Positions 43,471 through 56,560 of a stretch of 64,000 bases of DNA are shown here, in pieces. This DNA comes from the human T2T-CHM13v2.0 reference genome, Homo sapiens. Positions within the stretch are counted from its first letter, which is position 1. Each line of letters starts with the position of its first letter. A model generated the notes under the pieces. The model was not told the origin of the DNA. It saw nothing but the letters and a program-made list of their open reading frames with translations, and did not search any database. Both the position numbers and the translations under genes were made by a program. Location of the stretch: NCBI RefSeq assembly GCF_009914755.1, contig NC_060925.1. One strand, given 5' to 3'.

Positions 43471-45074
43471 CACCTGTTTGACTCTGCTGTGCCAGGGGCC
43501 AGGGCAGGGCTGGCCCCTCACTCTGCGGAGTAAATGGGTGTGGGGGCCGGGCCTGTCTGGGATCAGGGCAGCCAGGCAGGGTCTCCTGCAGGAGCAGGCA
43601 TAGTCCCAGGGAGCAGGCAGCTGCCTAGGAAGGCAGTCAAGCAGATGGGGACCTCGGCTGCCCCAAGACTGGCCCGGGGCTGGTCCTCCCTGCGTCTGGC
43701 CTCTGGGTGGGTGGTGGTGGCTTCCTTGTGACTTCATCCCTCCGATCGGGCAGGTGGTTTTGTGCAGTGTGTGCCTGGGAGGCGCACGGCAGCATGATCG
43801 GTCCCTGAGTGTCACGGCAGCATCAGAGGCCAGTTTGGCATCTGGAGTAGCTGCCACCGAGAGAGGCCCAGCCGCCAGGCAGCTGGGAGCACAGGTGTCG
43901 GCATCCCACTGGGAGCACGGGTGAGGTGCCTCCCTTCTCTGGGCAGAGTTTCCCCAGTTGGTGGTGTAGACGCCAGGAACACGGTTGTACGGACTTCGTG
44001 AGGATCTAACACAGCAGTGTGTAAAAACAGCGCCAAGCGTGTCCTCGGTGGGCGCTCAGAGGCGGTTGTGAGCAGTGCAGATGCTGTTGGCCTAGTTCTG
44101 ACAGGGTGGCCCAGGGGTCTCCCCGTGGCGTGGCATGGACGGTGGCAGCTCCTGTGGTCATCACTGCCATGGTCCGGAGCGGCCCTGGGCTCTGCAGCAA
44201 GGCGGTGAATGTGGAGCTGAGCGGTCCGAATCAGGGTCTGGGTTGCTCGTTCAACTCAGGAACTTCCCCAGATTCCTGAGTTTTCCTCTAGCCGAGGTCA
44301 GGGGCAGCCAAGGGAAGGGTCAGCCAGCTCATCCAGACCTCGCTCTGCAACAAATCTCCAGCCTGGGTTGCCATGAGGCACCCTGGGGAGGACTCAGGAC
44401 GAGGCCCCTTGAGGCTGAACCTGAGACCTAGGAAACTCCAGGTGGGTCCTAACAGGGCTTGTCACTGAGCGTAGGCCTGGACACGGCCCTGTGGTGTCTC
44501 ACCCACGGGCACCAGTCCCTGTTGAGCAAGGTCCACGCAGCCCTTTGTTCTGGACGGAGCTGACGCTCAGGCCACAGACTCCGACTCCATTCTTCAGAGG
44601 CTTCATCGCCTGCACAGGAAGAGAGGCCTGGAGATACCAGGTTGTCTTGGGGCCACAGCTGGCCCTTGGCATGGCTGGGGAGCAGCAAAGCAGTTCATTA
44701 GGACCAGGGCTGACCACACCAGTGTCCATGCCCAGAGGTTCTGGGTTCTGCCCTCTTGCTGTCGTCCGGTGCAGGCCACATGGCCACCTGGGAAGGCCTG
44801 GGTCGTCGTCATATTCCGAGTGTGACCAAGAGTTCAGGGGCCCAGGTACCTTTCTGGGCCCCTCTCAGGGTCTTTGGAAAAGTCCAGAATGAGCTGGGCT
44901 GGTGGAGAATTCAGGAGGTGTGGCCAGTGCCCCCCTGTGCTCTCAGAAGCAGGGGTCACTGGCGAGAGGGCTGGGTGGCCCGGCGATCAACCTGAAGGCA
45001 TTCCTTACCTGCCCTTGGACCCGGTGAGCCAGTGACTGGCGTAGGCTTTCAAACCTTTCAAACCACTTCTCCTG

Positions 45075-45198
45075 GAGCCCCGTGTTGTGTGCGTCCCTCA
45101 GCCCATGCACCCCGGAAGGCACGCCTCGCACCCAGCTGTAGAGCCCCATGTTGTGTGCACCCCCAGCCCATGCACCCCGGAAGGCACGCCTCGCACCG
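45075..45198. repeat. Tandem duplication, about 66 bp x 2
   Basis: gagccccRtgttgtgtgc...cagcccatgcaccccggaaggcacgcctcgcacc at 45075 and 45141. Confidence 0.9.
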
Positions 45199-45263
45199 TG
45201 CTCCTGGTGGGGCCCGTGCCAGGGGGGCCCAGGCTCCTGGGGACAGTGGCCCAGGACTTGGGA

Positions 45264-45883
45264 TGTTAGAAATAAATTTTGGGTGCCGCAAAAGAAATAG
45301 CACTCGAACATAAATTTAATTTTCTCAGCAAGGCAATTTTACTTCTATAGAAGGGTGCGTCTTGCAGATGGAGCAATGGCGAGAGCACACCTGAACGAGG
45401 GAGGTGGAGGTCTCATCCTAACGCAGCCAGTCCCTGCTGCTGTGTGGTTCCCCTGTTGGCTAGGGTTGGACCGCACAGTCTAAGCTAATTCCGATTGGCT
45501 ATTTTAAAGAGAGTAGCAGTACGAGCCGGAGTGGCGGGGTGAATAGTTTGACGGGAAGGATGGTTACAGAACAGGTGACTCAGGATGACTAAGAACAGAG
45601 CAGGTGACAAGGATGACTAAGGTCAGAGCAGGTGACCAGGAGTGACTAAGGTGACCAGGGGTGACTAAGGACAGAGCAGGTGATAGAGGCTAGGCAGGGG
45701 TTGTTTACTGAAACTAGGGGCAAGGATATGTAAAGTACAAGGAAGTTAAACTTTAGAATGAAGAACAAAGAATGGGGATGTAACCATACGGATACATTGC
45801 TTCTTTGGAGAGGAGCTCAGAATTCATTATACTTAACAATTTACAGGCTAAAACCTTTGAAGAGGAATTTATTATGTTCTACA
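45264..45883 (-). mobile_element. Solo ERV1 LTR, LTR10 family (HERV-I related), about 620 bp
   Basis: TG...CA termini. The reverse complement contains TTTAAAATAGCCAATCGGAATTAGCTTAGACTGTGCGGTCCAACCCTAGCCAA and CCTTCTATAGAAGTAAAATTGCCTTGCTGAG, recalled LTR10 hallmarks, plus an internal tandem-repeat region. Confidence 0.8.
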
Positions 45884-46130
45884 GGAGCGGTGCCGCTGGC
45901 CTGTGGCTTCTGCAGGGACAAGTAGTGGCTGTGGCCGGGAGGCGTTCGGCAGCTGTGCTTCAGCCCCGGCCCCAGCTTCAGCTCTTCGAGTTGCTGGCTT
46001 CTCTAAGGCCTGTCCTGAAGTGGCCTGGAGACTGCTGAGTTACTTCTGGAATCTGCACCGTGAAAGTGAAACCTGGACCATGATGTGAGGCTGGTGAGAG
46101 GGTGCCCTGCCGTCACCCCCGGCCTTGTAG

Positions 46131-46506
<376 letters not shown>

Positions 46507-46549
46507 CAATAGTGATGTTTTTACTGCTCTGGGCCTGATCGCATGCACC

Positions 46550-46644
46550 GTTGTCTGTGCTGTGACTTCCGTCGTTGTCTGTGCTGTGACTTCCGTTGTT
46601 GTCTGTGCTGTGACTTCCGTTGTTGTCTGTGTTGCGACTTCTGT
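46550..46644. repeat. Minisatellite, 24 bp x 4
   Basis: gttgtctgtgctgtgacttccgtY at 46550, 46574, 46598 and 46622. Confidence 0.94.
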
Positions 46645-49600
46645 GGGATATTCGTTGGAGAAGGAGCCACACAGCTGTGTGGGACCCGGCACTCCTTCAT
46701 CACCATCATCCAGGGCCACGGACACCCCCTCTCACAAGTCGCTGGGATATGAAATTAGGGAATAAATGGGAATTTTCAGTGCGATGCAGCTGGCGCTAGG
46801 ATCCTCCTCAGTGTGACGTCTGAGACCTTTTCCCAGCTGGAGCCCTGTCATTCATTCATTCATTCATCCCATGCCAGGCTGGGCGGCTGCCAGAGGCACA
46901 ATCCGGAACCGCCCCTTGCTAATGGGCGGACCAGTGAAAGCAAAGCGGGCTCACTGTGCAGACCAATGATTGACAGTTCCAGGGTGTGATGGACACAGGC
47001 GGCTGCCAGGAAGGAGCCCCTTCAGAAGCAGTGGGCGGGGCGGGGTGGGGAAGGCCGTGGGGAAGAGTGACTTCCAGATGAGGCTCACAGGACTGTACCC
47101 GGAGGGAGGGGGCAGCAAGGACCCTGTGGGCAGCCGGGGGCACGGCACAGGCTGTGGCTGTAGGTGTGGGTGGTGCCCAGGCATTGACAGAGGGGAGCTC
47201 ACTGGACGGGGCAGCGTGGAGGTGAGGGTCGGGTGAGGGCCCCTCGGGAGCCCCTGGCCATGTTAGTTGCACATTTCATGACTCTTTAAGGAGTTAGTGA
47301 GGCCTGGGTGTGACCTATTTCCCGTTCCAATTAAACAGGTCATTAGTCCGTGTCGTGCTAAAGCAGATCACTCGCAAGGAATGGAAAACCCTTGAAATAC
47401 GTTTTTTAAATCGGTGAAAGTGAGAAACCGATGCCTCTGTGGGAAAAGACCAGACTCCAGGGTCTGCACCCTCAGAGTGATGAGCTGCGTCTGTTAGGGG
47501 TGACCTGAGGTCCCTGCTTTGAACCAGCTTGTTGAAACCGGAAGCCATTTCTCATCTTCTGTAAGAGCCTGCAGCCCCTGTCAGATGCCAGCCATTCCCC
47601 AGGTCTTGCTGACACTGTCATTAGGATTCCTATGAGGGCCAGTGGGGAGACAGCTCAGTCTCGGCCCTGCTTCCGACCCCACCACCACCCCCAAATGCAT
47701 ACTGCTGGCCTTTCCTGGGTTTAATTTTATTTTGCAGTGGTAGAGGTTGTTTTGCTAAAATTATTTCAAAATCTGCCTTGTGGAAAAACGCCCACGTCAG
47801 GGTGACCATCTGTGGTAACCGAGAATTCCTTGGAGGCAGCGTCTTCACCGCCTGGCTAAGCGGATGGCACAAGCTGCCAGCCAGACCTCTGTCTGTCCCT
47901 GCCCAGAGGCCCCAGCTGCCCCTTCCTCCAGGCACCTCCCTGATCTCTGGAGTCCAGGTTTTGTTCCCAAGGTCCTACCTTTGTATCTAAATGCTGTGTC
48001 CTCTCCCCGGACGATCTCCTCCAGGCACTGGCTCTCAGGGGCCAGCTCCCCATGGGCGATGATGTCTCTGATACAGGAACTTATGGGTACCTTGCAAGTT
48101 TGCACAGAAAGTGGAGCCCGTCTGTTCCTTCTGGGGTGTGCGAGCGGGGCCTCGGGGAGCAGGTGCAGGACAGGGCACAGGAGGAACAGGCACGGCTGGT
48201 GGTGTGCAGTGAACAGCAGTGGTCACACCAGGTGGTGGCTCCCGTGGGACTTTTGAGGCCGGCCCAGCCCTGAGCAGGTGGGGTCTGCAGAGGCCTCGTG
48301 GGTTGGAGGAGACTTATTCAGAGGGAGTTTTGGTCTTGCTAGAAATTGCATGAGATGAAAGATGACATTTTAATTCTATCATTGAGGCATAGTCTTTCCA
48401 ACACACCCCCTGAGGTGTGAGGGAGGCTGTCCCTATATGATGTGGTCCCCGCTCCTTCAGGCTGGGGCTCCTGGCCAGTTCATCTTTCGTCCTGTGTCTG
48501 ACTTTCTCTATCATTTCTAAAATGACTAAGACAATTTATTTTGTTAAAAAAAAAAAAAAAAAAGGCGTTAAGATGATTCTACTTTGTAGAGGGATCCCAA
48601 GGGAGCGTCTCCTCTGGGACTGGCCCTGTCCCCCATCTTGTTTTCCCTCTAAACGACATGTGAGTTCCCAACTCTTGATTTTAGTTCTGACAACTGGAGA
48701 CTTTATTCCCATACCTTTTTAAAACTTTTTAAAAGGTTTAACTTCAAGGAGATACCATTCCTTTTGTGTATTTGGTTACTAAAGCTGTCTTGCATCTCAA
48801 ATGTGATTTAAGAAATCAAGCAAAATGCACTGGCCACGTCCTCTCAGTAGGGGGAGGCCAGCGGGCATCTCCCCTCCTCGCCCCTTCTCTGGTGGTCTCA
48901 CTGATGTCCCCCGGCCCCCAGCCCTCCTTCCTTTCTTTCCCTTGACTTTGTCCTCAGACTCCAGGGACAACCCCTGGTGCGAGACATCCTGTTGCTGATT
49001 TACTTGTTCTCTCATTTGTTTCTGTGTTTGTTCCATTTCTTTCGTTCATTCATTCATTCATTCATACTCAGCTGCGGAGACCATCAGCCAGTCTGCGTTC
49101 GGCCTGTGTCTGCCACTGGCTGCAGGGCCCGGGGCAAAGGTCTTCAAGTGCCCTGGGCTTCAGTTCCCCTTCCTGGAGAATGAGGGTGGGAGAGTACCTC
49201 CCCTGGGGGTTTGCGAAGATGACATGAGCCCGTGCATCCTGGGTCTGGACCGCATCTGATACTTAGCAGGTACTTAGCAGCAGGTACTGAGTAGACACAG
49301 TGCTCCACAGCAAAGATGTGTGGCAGAGGCGTAGTGGATGCATGATCGAGACGCACAGTAGACACGCAAGGATACACGGCAGAGATACGTGGTGGGTATA
49401 TAATGGATACAGCGGGCGTGGTGGATTTATAACAGATATGTAGCAGATATGTGATAGGAACCAGGCATGCTAATGACAAGTCAGGAATGTCACAGAGGAC
49501 TGTGTCTTCTGGGGGTCCTGGGGCCTTTTCACGAGGAAGGATTGCAGGTGGGGCTTTGGAAAAATTGTCCAATTTCCATCCCCTGTCTCCTTTCCCCGGT

Positions 49601-49839
49601 CACCGCTCCTACCCAGTAGCAGGTGGAGAAGGTGACTTCCATACTGGGGGCCAGGATCAGGAGCAGCCACATGCCAGAGCGGGTAGGCAGCCCCTGGTGC
49701 CTGCCTGGCCCTGCCCCGACCTCCACACCAGTTCAGCCCTGTGTCCTGCCCAGGATGGATGGGTGGGTAATTTATTGATTCATTCATTTCCAGGGTCTCG
49801 TGTGGGCTTTGTGAAGCCTAGTACACGTTTTTTATTGCG

Positions 49840-50157
<318 letters not shown>

Positions 50158-50421
50158 CTCGTTTTTGTTTGTTTTACTTTGTTATGAGTAATGATAGATT
50201 TCTAGAAACTTCGTGTATTTTTTTCTCCACTTTATTTCAACTTTGTAGAAAGAGATCTAAAAATGCAAGTCTCCTCCCCCAACCCCCAACTCTCCTGCGT
50301 CACGGATTGGTTCAGAACCAGGAGACACAGGGCCCAGAAACCTAGGGGCTGGAGGGGCCTTACCCTTTGGACTCTTGACTGTTTTTATATTCTGGCCCCT
50401 CCCCCCGTCTGTCTCTCTCTC

Positions 50422-50677
50422 AAGAGACAGGGTCTTGCTCTGTCGCCCAGGCTGGAGTACAGTGGTACAATCACGGCTCACTGCAGCTGGGCTCAAGCAA
50501 GCCTCCCACCTCAGCCTCCCAACTAGCTGGGACTTCAGGCGCGCACCACCACGCTTGGCTAATTTTTTATTTTTAGTAGAGTTGGGGGTCTTGATTTGTT
50601 ACCCAGGCTGGTCTGGAATGCCCCAAGTGATTCTCCCACTTCGCCCGCCCAAAGTACTGGGAGCCACCACGCCGGGC
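50422..50677 (-). mobile_element. AluJ-like, diverged
   Basis: Antisense Alu body. Confidence 0.85.
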
Positions 50678-51124
50678 TAGACTGTGGGGTTTTTGGGGGG
50701 CAAGAATTGTACTCATATCTCTGTTTCCACAGTGGGTCTTACACTGTGGACAAACAGCAGCTGATGTTCTCACCCGGCCTTGTTCTAAGAGGACTCCAAA
50801 AAGCAAGTCGTAGCCCCAGTGACTGGGAAAGGCTTCCCCGGGAGAGCGGCCGACACAGCTGCCGCAGTAGTAAGGGTTTATTTATCAAGACTGATTTATT
50901 TATCAGTTCAAGACACAGTTACACAGAGTGTGGGGGATGGTTCATCAGCAGCTGGCACGTCCAGTGGCGCGTGTGCCTCGGGAAGGCCTGGGAGGGGGAC
51001 ACAGGTGCTCCGCAGGGAAAGCTGCCCCCACCCCAGCCCAAAGAAGCCCTCCAAGCTCCATCAGTCATGCAGTCATGTACTTTTCCTCATCAGCACAAAC
51101 CCCGCTTCCTTGAAGAGAAGCGTG

Positions 51125-51245
51125 AGGCTGGGCACGGTGGCGCGTGTCTGTAGGCCTAGCTACGAGGGAGGATCGCTTGAGCCCAGGAGGTCGAGGCTGC
51201 AGGGCTATGATTGCAACACTGCACTCTGGCCTGGGCAACAGAGAA
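51125..51245 (+). mobile_element. Alu monomer (FLAM/FRAM-like)
   Basis: ggctgggcacggtggcgcg...gagcccaggaggtcgaggctgcag...cctgggcaacaga. Confidence 0.82.
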
Positions 51246-52234
51246 AGAGAGAGAGGACTGTCTAGAAGGGAAAACAGGGATAGCAAAGTAGATGGGAAGG
51301 AAGGGCCTCTGGGGCGGCGGGTGAGTGCTGGCCGCTCCCCTCTCCACAAGCTGCTGTGGTCTCTGGGGGCTGCACCTGAGGCGGCAGTGGGAGGAGAGGG
51401 GTGAAGGGCAACGCGCCCCCGTTTAAACACCTCCTGGCCTGGACGCCAGCTGTTCACTTGTAATCACTGGTCACCCTGAAGAGATGGGATGGACCCCTGC
51501 CCAACATTTGGCTCAGGTGTCCACACAGATGACAGCACCGCACGCAGACGGGAGGGAGCTTCTCACCACATAATGAGGTTTTCTGGGGAGAGCAGGGGAG
51601 GGGGGTCTTCCAGGATGGTCCAGAAAGGTCTTGAGCGCGCCTGTAAGGAGACTGTCTCGGTTTCCGTGGCGGCTCTGGGGCAAGGCGGGGTGAGCAGGGG
51701 CTGAGGCTTGCAGGGTTTGAACTTTCCCCAGGGCCCTCATCACCTCACTGGGATGTGGGCGGGAGGGGAGCGGGTCGTCTCAAACACCTCCAGCAGTCGA
51801 ACATCAAAAAGGGGGTCCAACTCTTGGTTGCGATTTCTTTGGCTGAAGCCTGGACTCCTAGCCCCACGGGCTGAGGGAAGGTTACGGCTGGTGGTTGGAT
51901 AGACGCCAGTGCTTGCCCCAGAGCTGCAGGGGAAGAAGGTGGCCTGAACCTCAGGGCCTCTGTGTCCAGTTCAGGGGCCAGTACAGCAGCATCGGTCTGC
52001 GAGGGGTATGTGTTCTAGAGGAGTGAGGGGACAGACAGGGGAGCCCCAGAGGCATCCAGTGGCGCGAATGGTGGGAAGGGCCCTAAGAGGGGAGGCTGGG
52101 AGGGGACAATCCCAGGTGGCAGGGGATGGCCGCGATGAGGCCCTGGGGTGGAGCCCAGGCAGGGAGCATCCAGGGGAAGCCAGTGTGGGTGGGGACTGGG
52201 AGGAGAGAGGGAGGCTGGGCCTGCCCTGGCGAGG

Positions 52235-52378
52235 GGTGGTCAGAACATCGCTCGGTGCCAGACAGGCAGGACGCAGCGGGCTGGCCTGCGGGGCTCACTG
52301 CTGCCCCCCGGGGCCGAGCACGAAAGGGAGAGTTGGAGGGCGCTTCCTCGCCGGGTGTTGCGGTGTGAGCGGGGACTG
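52235..52378 (+). other. PRKCZ: Distal alternative non-coding first exon; 5' end approximate
   Basis: CpG-rich patch ending in donor GACTG|gtgagt at 52378/52379, with a second donor CAGG|gtgagt at 52421/52422. Consistent with a recalled further PRKCZ 5' variant in intron 4. Confidence 0.6.
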
Positions 52379-52925
52379 GTGAGTGTGTGCTGTCTTCAGA
52401 GAGAGAAGAGCAGTTTTCAGGGTGAGTAGCCTTTATTCTTCACACCTCATTACACAGCACCCAGGCCTTTTATTCAGGAGGGCGCGGCCGGCCTCACCCC
52501 GACAGCCACCCTGGCTTGTTGACCTTGATCTGTGACAGCTCCCCTGTGAGTTCAGACTTCTCAAGGACGCTTGCATAGCCAACATTGTTGAGAACGAGTA
52601 ACCCCTTATCACAGCACACGTCTGTCGTGCCATGAAGCAATTTCCCATCCCTGTGGCTTTGAAGGCATAAGTCACTGCGTCACTGCCATGCTGTTCCTTC
52701 CAAACCTGCTCGTCAGGAGACAGCTCTTGCGCTGTGTACCGGCACTGCCGCCCAGCAGGTGACCCCAGCAGCTGGTTTGTCCCTGCCTGGGGGTGAGGGC
52801 CTGCAGGGTGTTTGTAGACGCAACTCTTGAAAGGCCCTGAGGTTGGGGCTTGGTCATGAGGGTGCCCGGGGCCCATCCGGGAGTAGAAGTAAGTGCACTA
52901 GGCATTTGGCCAAGGGTCACGTTAG

Positions 52926-53268
<343 letters not shown>

Positions 53269-53916
53269 TGAAGTAGTCACAGAGCTGTCAGGAGGAGCAG
53301 GGTGGCTGCGTGCCCCTGGGAGCTGCTGTGGGTGATGACCAGGTGATGCCGGGAAGGTCACTTTCAGACACATAGTTGTCATCGTCGGATGAGAATTATT
53401 CTCAGGTCTCAGGTGGGAGGGGCTGCCCACCAGGCCTGGATGAGGCCCCACCCCCCCACACACACATGCTGGGACCACGAGTGGCACCCCCTGAGGATGA
53501 GGGGGCTCCTGCGTTTGTGCCCTGTGTGGGAGGTGCCACCTCATTTGCATGTGGCCCTTCCACGTCTCCTGGCCATGCCAGACAGGTCCTCAGGATTGTT
53601 GGGAGATGAGGGCCTCGCCCAGGACTTCGATGGGGTGTCCCCCCAGCCCCCTGTGGCTGATGGAGCAGCCTGACATTTTGTGGACACAAAGCCCCCTAGA
53701 GCCAGGGAAGGACAGGGCCGGACCCAGAGCCAGGGAAGGGAGGTGGAGCTCCAGCCAAGGCATCCAAACATCAAAAGGCAGAACTGAGCGGCTTGGTACT
53801 TGAAAAGTTTTTATTAGGAAAAATGCCAAACTGACAGAAGTAGAGAGAATTACATAGTGAGGCCTCGTGCACACCCTGCCTGGCTCCTGGCAACCTGCAC
53901 TCCAGCCGATACCTGT

Positions 53917-54297
53917 GACTCTCAGCAAGCCCCTCTAGTGGGCGAGGACCTCCACACGTGTCGCCAGGCCAGGCGACTCTCAGCAAGCCCCTCCGGTGGG
54001 CGAGGACCTCCACACGTGTCACCAGGCCAGGTAACTCTCAGCAAGCCCCTCTGGTGGGCGAGGACCTCCACGTGTGTCACCAGGCCAGGTAACTCTCAGC
54101 AAGCCCCTCTGGTGGGCGAGGACCTCCACGTGTGTCACCAGGCCAGGTAACTCTCAGCAAGCCCCTCTGGTGGGCGAGGACCTCCACACGTGTCACCAGG
54201 CCAGGTGACTCTTCAGCAAGCCCCTCCACACGTGTCACCAGGCCAGGTGACTCTCAGCAAGCCCCTCCGGTGGGCGAGGACCTCTGCACGTGTCTCC
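53917..54297. repeat. Minisatellite, 58 bp x about 6.5 (one unit internally deleted)
   Basis: Ractctcagcaagcccctctggtgggcgaggacctccacacgtgtcaccaggccaggt at 53917, 53975, 54033, 54091, 54149, 54207 (short) and 54249. Confidence 0.96.
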
Positions 54298-55094
54298 AGA
54301 GGCCAAAGCAGAAGAAAACGTTAGCACAGGAGTCACTTGACTTCACCAAACGCAGCCAGGATTGCGGTTTCTCCGGCTCGGCTGTCTCAGTTGTTTAAGA
54401 GAGTTCATGCTTTTGAGATCAAAGTTAAAAGAAGGCCTGTGCCTCGCAGGGCCTGCTCTGCCTCCCCCGTGTTTCCTCGGGGTTCTGCGTCTGTGACCGG
54501 GGTGCGGAGCACTGGTGTGCAGTTCTCTGTCTCGTGATTCGTGTAACAGTGAGTGCTGCCTGCACCAACAGCCGGCTGCCTTCCGTGGCTGTGTGGGCTC
54601 CTGTGCGGAGGCCGCCCCTCTCCCTGGCCAAGCAACACTGAGGTGGGATTGCGTCCTCCCTCTCCTGAGGCAGGTCCTGCTCCAGACCTGCTTTTTTCCC
54701 GCACGTCACGTGTCCTGAGACCCCTCAGTGGATGCATCCTCTCTCCTTCCACGGCCGCACACACTCCCGTGCCCGTTGGGCTGGGCTGACTGATGCATGT
54801 GGGGGCTCCGTCCCATCTTTTTCAACTACAGATGGAGCTGCGGTGGGAAAACGTGTGCAGATACCTCCCATTTTACTTTTGTGCTGGGGCTTTTTTGGGA
54901 TCAGTTCCTAGAAGTAGGGGACTGGGTGAAAGGCTGATCACCCTCAGACACCGAACCCCTGGAGGAAACACAGGGAGGGAGGATGAGCCCTGCGAGGTGC
55001 AGGCCTTCTTTTAACACTGACCTTGGGTTCTCAGGACTGCCGAAATCCCCTCTACCCGGGCTGTGCCTCTCCGGCCTGTGCCTCTCCGGCCCTT

Positions 55095-55370
55095 CGGCAG
55101 TGTCGAGGGAGCCCCCAACACCCAGCAGCATCCAGGGATTTCCCCCATGGCAGTGTCGGGAGCCCCCAACACCCCAACAGCGTCCAGGGATTCCCCCCAG
55201 GGCAGTGTCGAGGGAGCCCCCAACACCCCGGCAGTGTCCAGGGATTCCCCCCAGGGCAGTGTCGGGAGCCCCCCAACCCCGGCAGTGTCAAGGGAGCCCC
55301 TGGCAGTGTCAAGGGAGCCCCCAGACAGTGTCAAGGGAGCCCCCCAACCCCGGCAGTGTCAAGGGAGCCT
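55095..55370. repeat. Complex minisatellite built on ggcagtgtc + (gggagccccc / cagggattcccc)
   Basis: About a dozen cagYgtc-anchored sub-units of variable length. Confidence 0.9.
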
Positions 55371-56124
55371 GCCTCCGTGGGGTGCTGCCAGCCTTAGGCC
55401 TGGGCCAGTCGGGGTGGTTGGATGCCTGTTCTGGGGGTAGAGAAGTCAGGTAGCCCAGGGCCCGCACTCTCAATAGACCTTCAGAGAAAAGGCATCGAGG
55501 TAAATGCCGCACTCGAGTACCCGTGTGATCTCTGGGTGGGGCCATGATCCTTCTGGGCGCTGGTCCAAGCGCGTGGTGAGGCCGTCCTCTCCTGCAGAAC
55601 CCCGGCCTCTTCGCCCCTGCCCGCTCACCTATTCTGTCCTGCTCACCTCCTCCAGGAAGCCTGCCTGGCCTTCTCCATGCTGATGGGCGTGGCCCCTTGT
55701 CCCTGCAGCCATGCATTGACCTCCGTGGCTCCTGGAGGCCAGGCCACGTCCTCATCCCCTCTGGGTGAGTGAGAGGCACAGCCTGGGTGCGTGGGGCCGT
55801 GGCGGCTCCGAGGCGCCACCGCTGTGTCCTCTCATGAGTGGGTGCCGTCCAGGTCTGTCCTGGGCTGGCTGCGAGGAGGAGGTTGGCCTCGCGCGGCCAT
55901 GTGCGTGACAGTGGAGACATCGCCAGCCTCCTGCTTGCACAGCTGACGGCAGCCCCTCTCTCTCCAGCCATGTCCCCAGGACTCTTGAGTAGTTGGCCTG
56001 GTGGCCGCGGGAGAAGCAGGCCCCGAGTCCCCAGGGCTGTGAGCGAGGCTGTCTGATGTGCTCCCTGGTCACCACCCCCTGCCTGTCCGTCTTGCCTGGG
56101 CAGATGGAGGTGGATGAACTTCCT

Positions 56125-56560
56125 GCGGCCGCTGTAACAGTGGCCGCCACTGGGGGGCTTAAAGCAACACGCATTTGTTAGCTCAGCGGTCTGGAGGGTG
56201 CGAGTGCAGATGGAGCTCACTGGGCCAAATTTAGTCAAGGCACCAGCTGGGTGGGTTCTTTCTGGGGGCTCCAGGGAGACCCCGTTTCCCGCCTTCTCCA
56301 GCGTCTGAAGCCGCCTGCCCCTTGGTGCAGCCCTGAGTCACCCCAGCCTCTGCCTCCGTCTCACGTCACCGCCTCTGATACAGCCGCCCCCCCATCCCTC
56401 TTGTGAGGACCCCGCAATGACGTGGGCCCACCCAGATCATCCAGGAACATCTCCCCATCCCCACGTCCTTCACTTCATCGTCTGCAAAGTCCCGTATGCC
56501 ACGGAAGGTGACACAGTCTTGGGTCCCGGGACTTGCATGTGGGGCTGTCTGGGTTTTGCA
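56125..56560. mobile_element. MaLR LTR (MLT1-like) remnant
   Basis: gctgtaacag...ggcttaaagcaacacgcattt...gggcccacccagatcatccaggaacatctccccatc. Confidence 0.65.

Noticed and set aside
43031-43857. Pro/Ser/Leu-rich and Gly/Glu/Arg-rich ORFs
   Set aside because: Translations of the CT/GA simple repeat.
45258-45889. Target-site duplication for the LTR10 element
   Set aside because: Flanks (ggga and ggag) share only gga, too weak to claim.
55309-56238. 309 aa - strand ORF
   Set aside because: Runs from an MLT1-like remnant into a minisatellite; no protein family resemblance.
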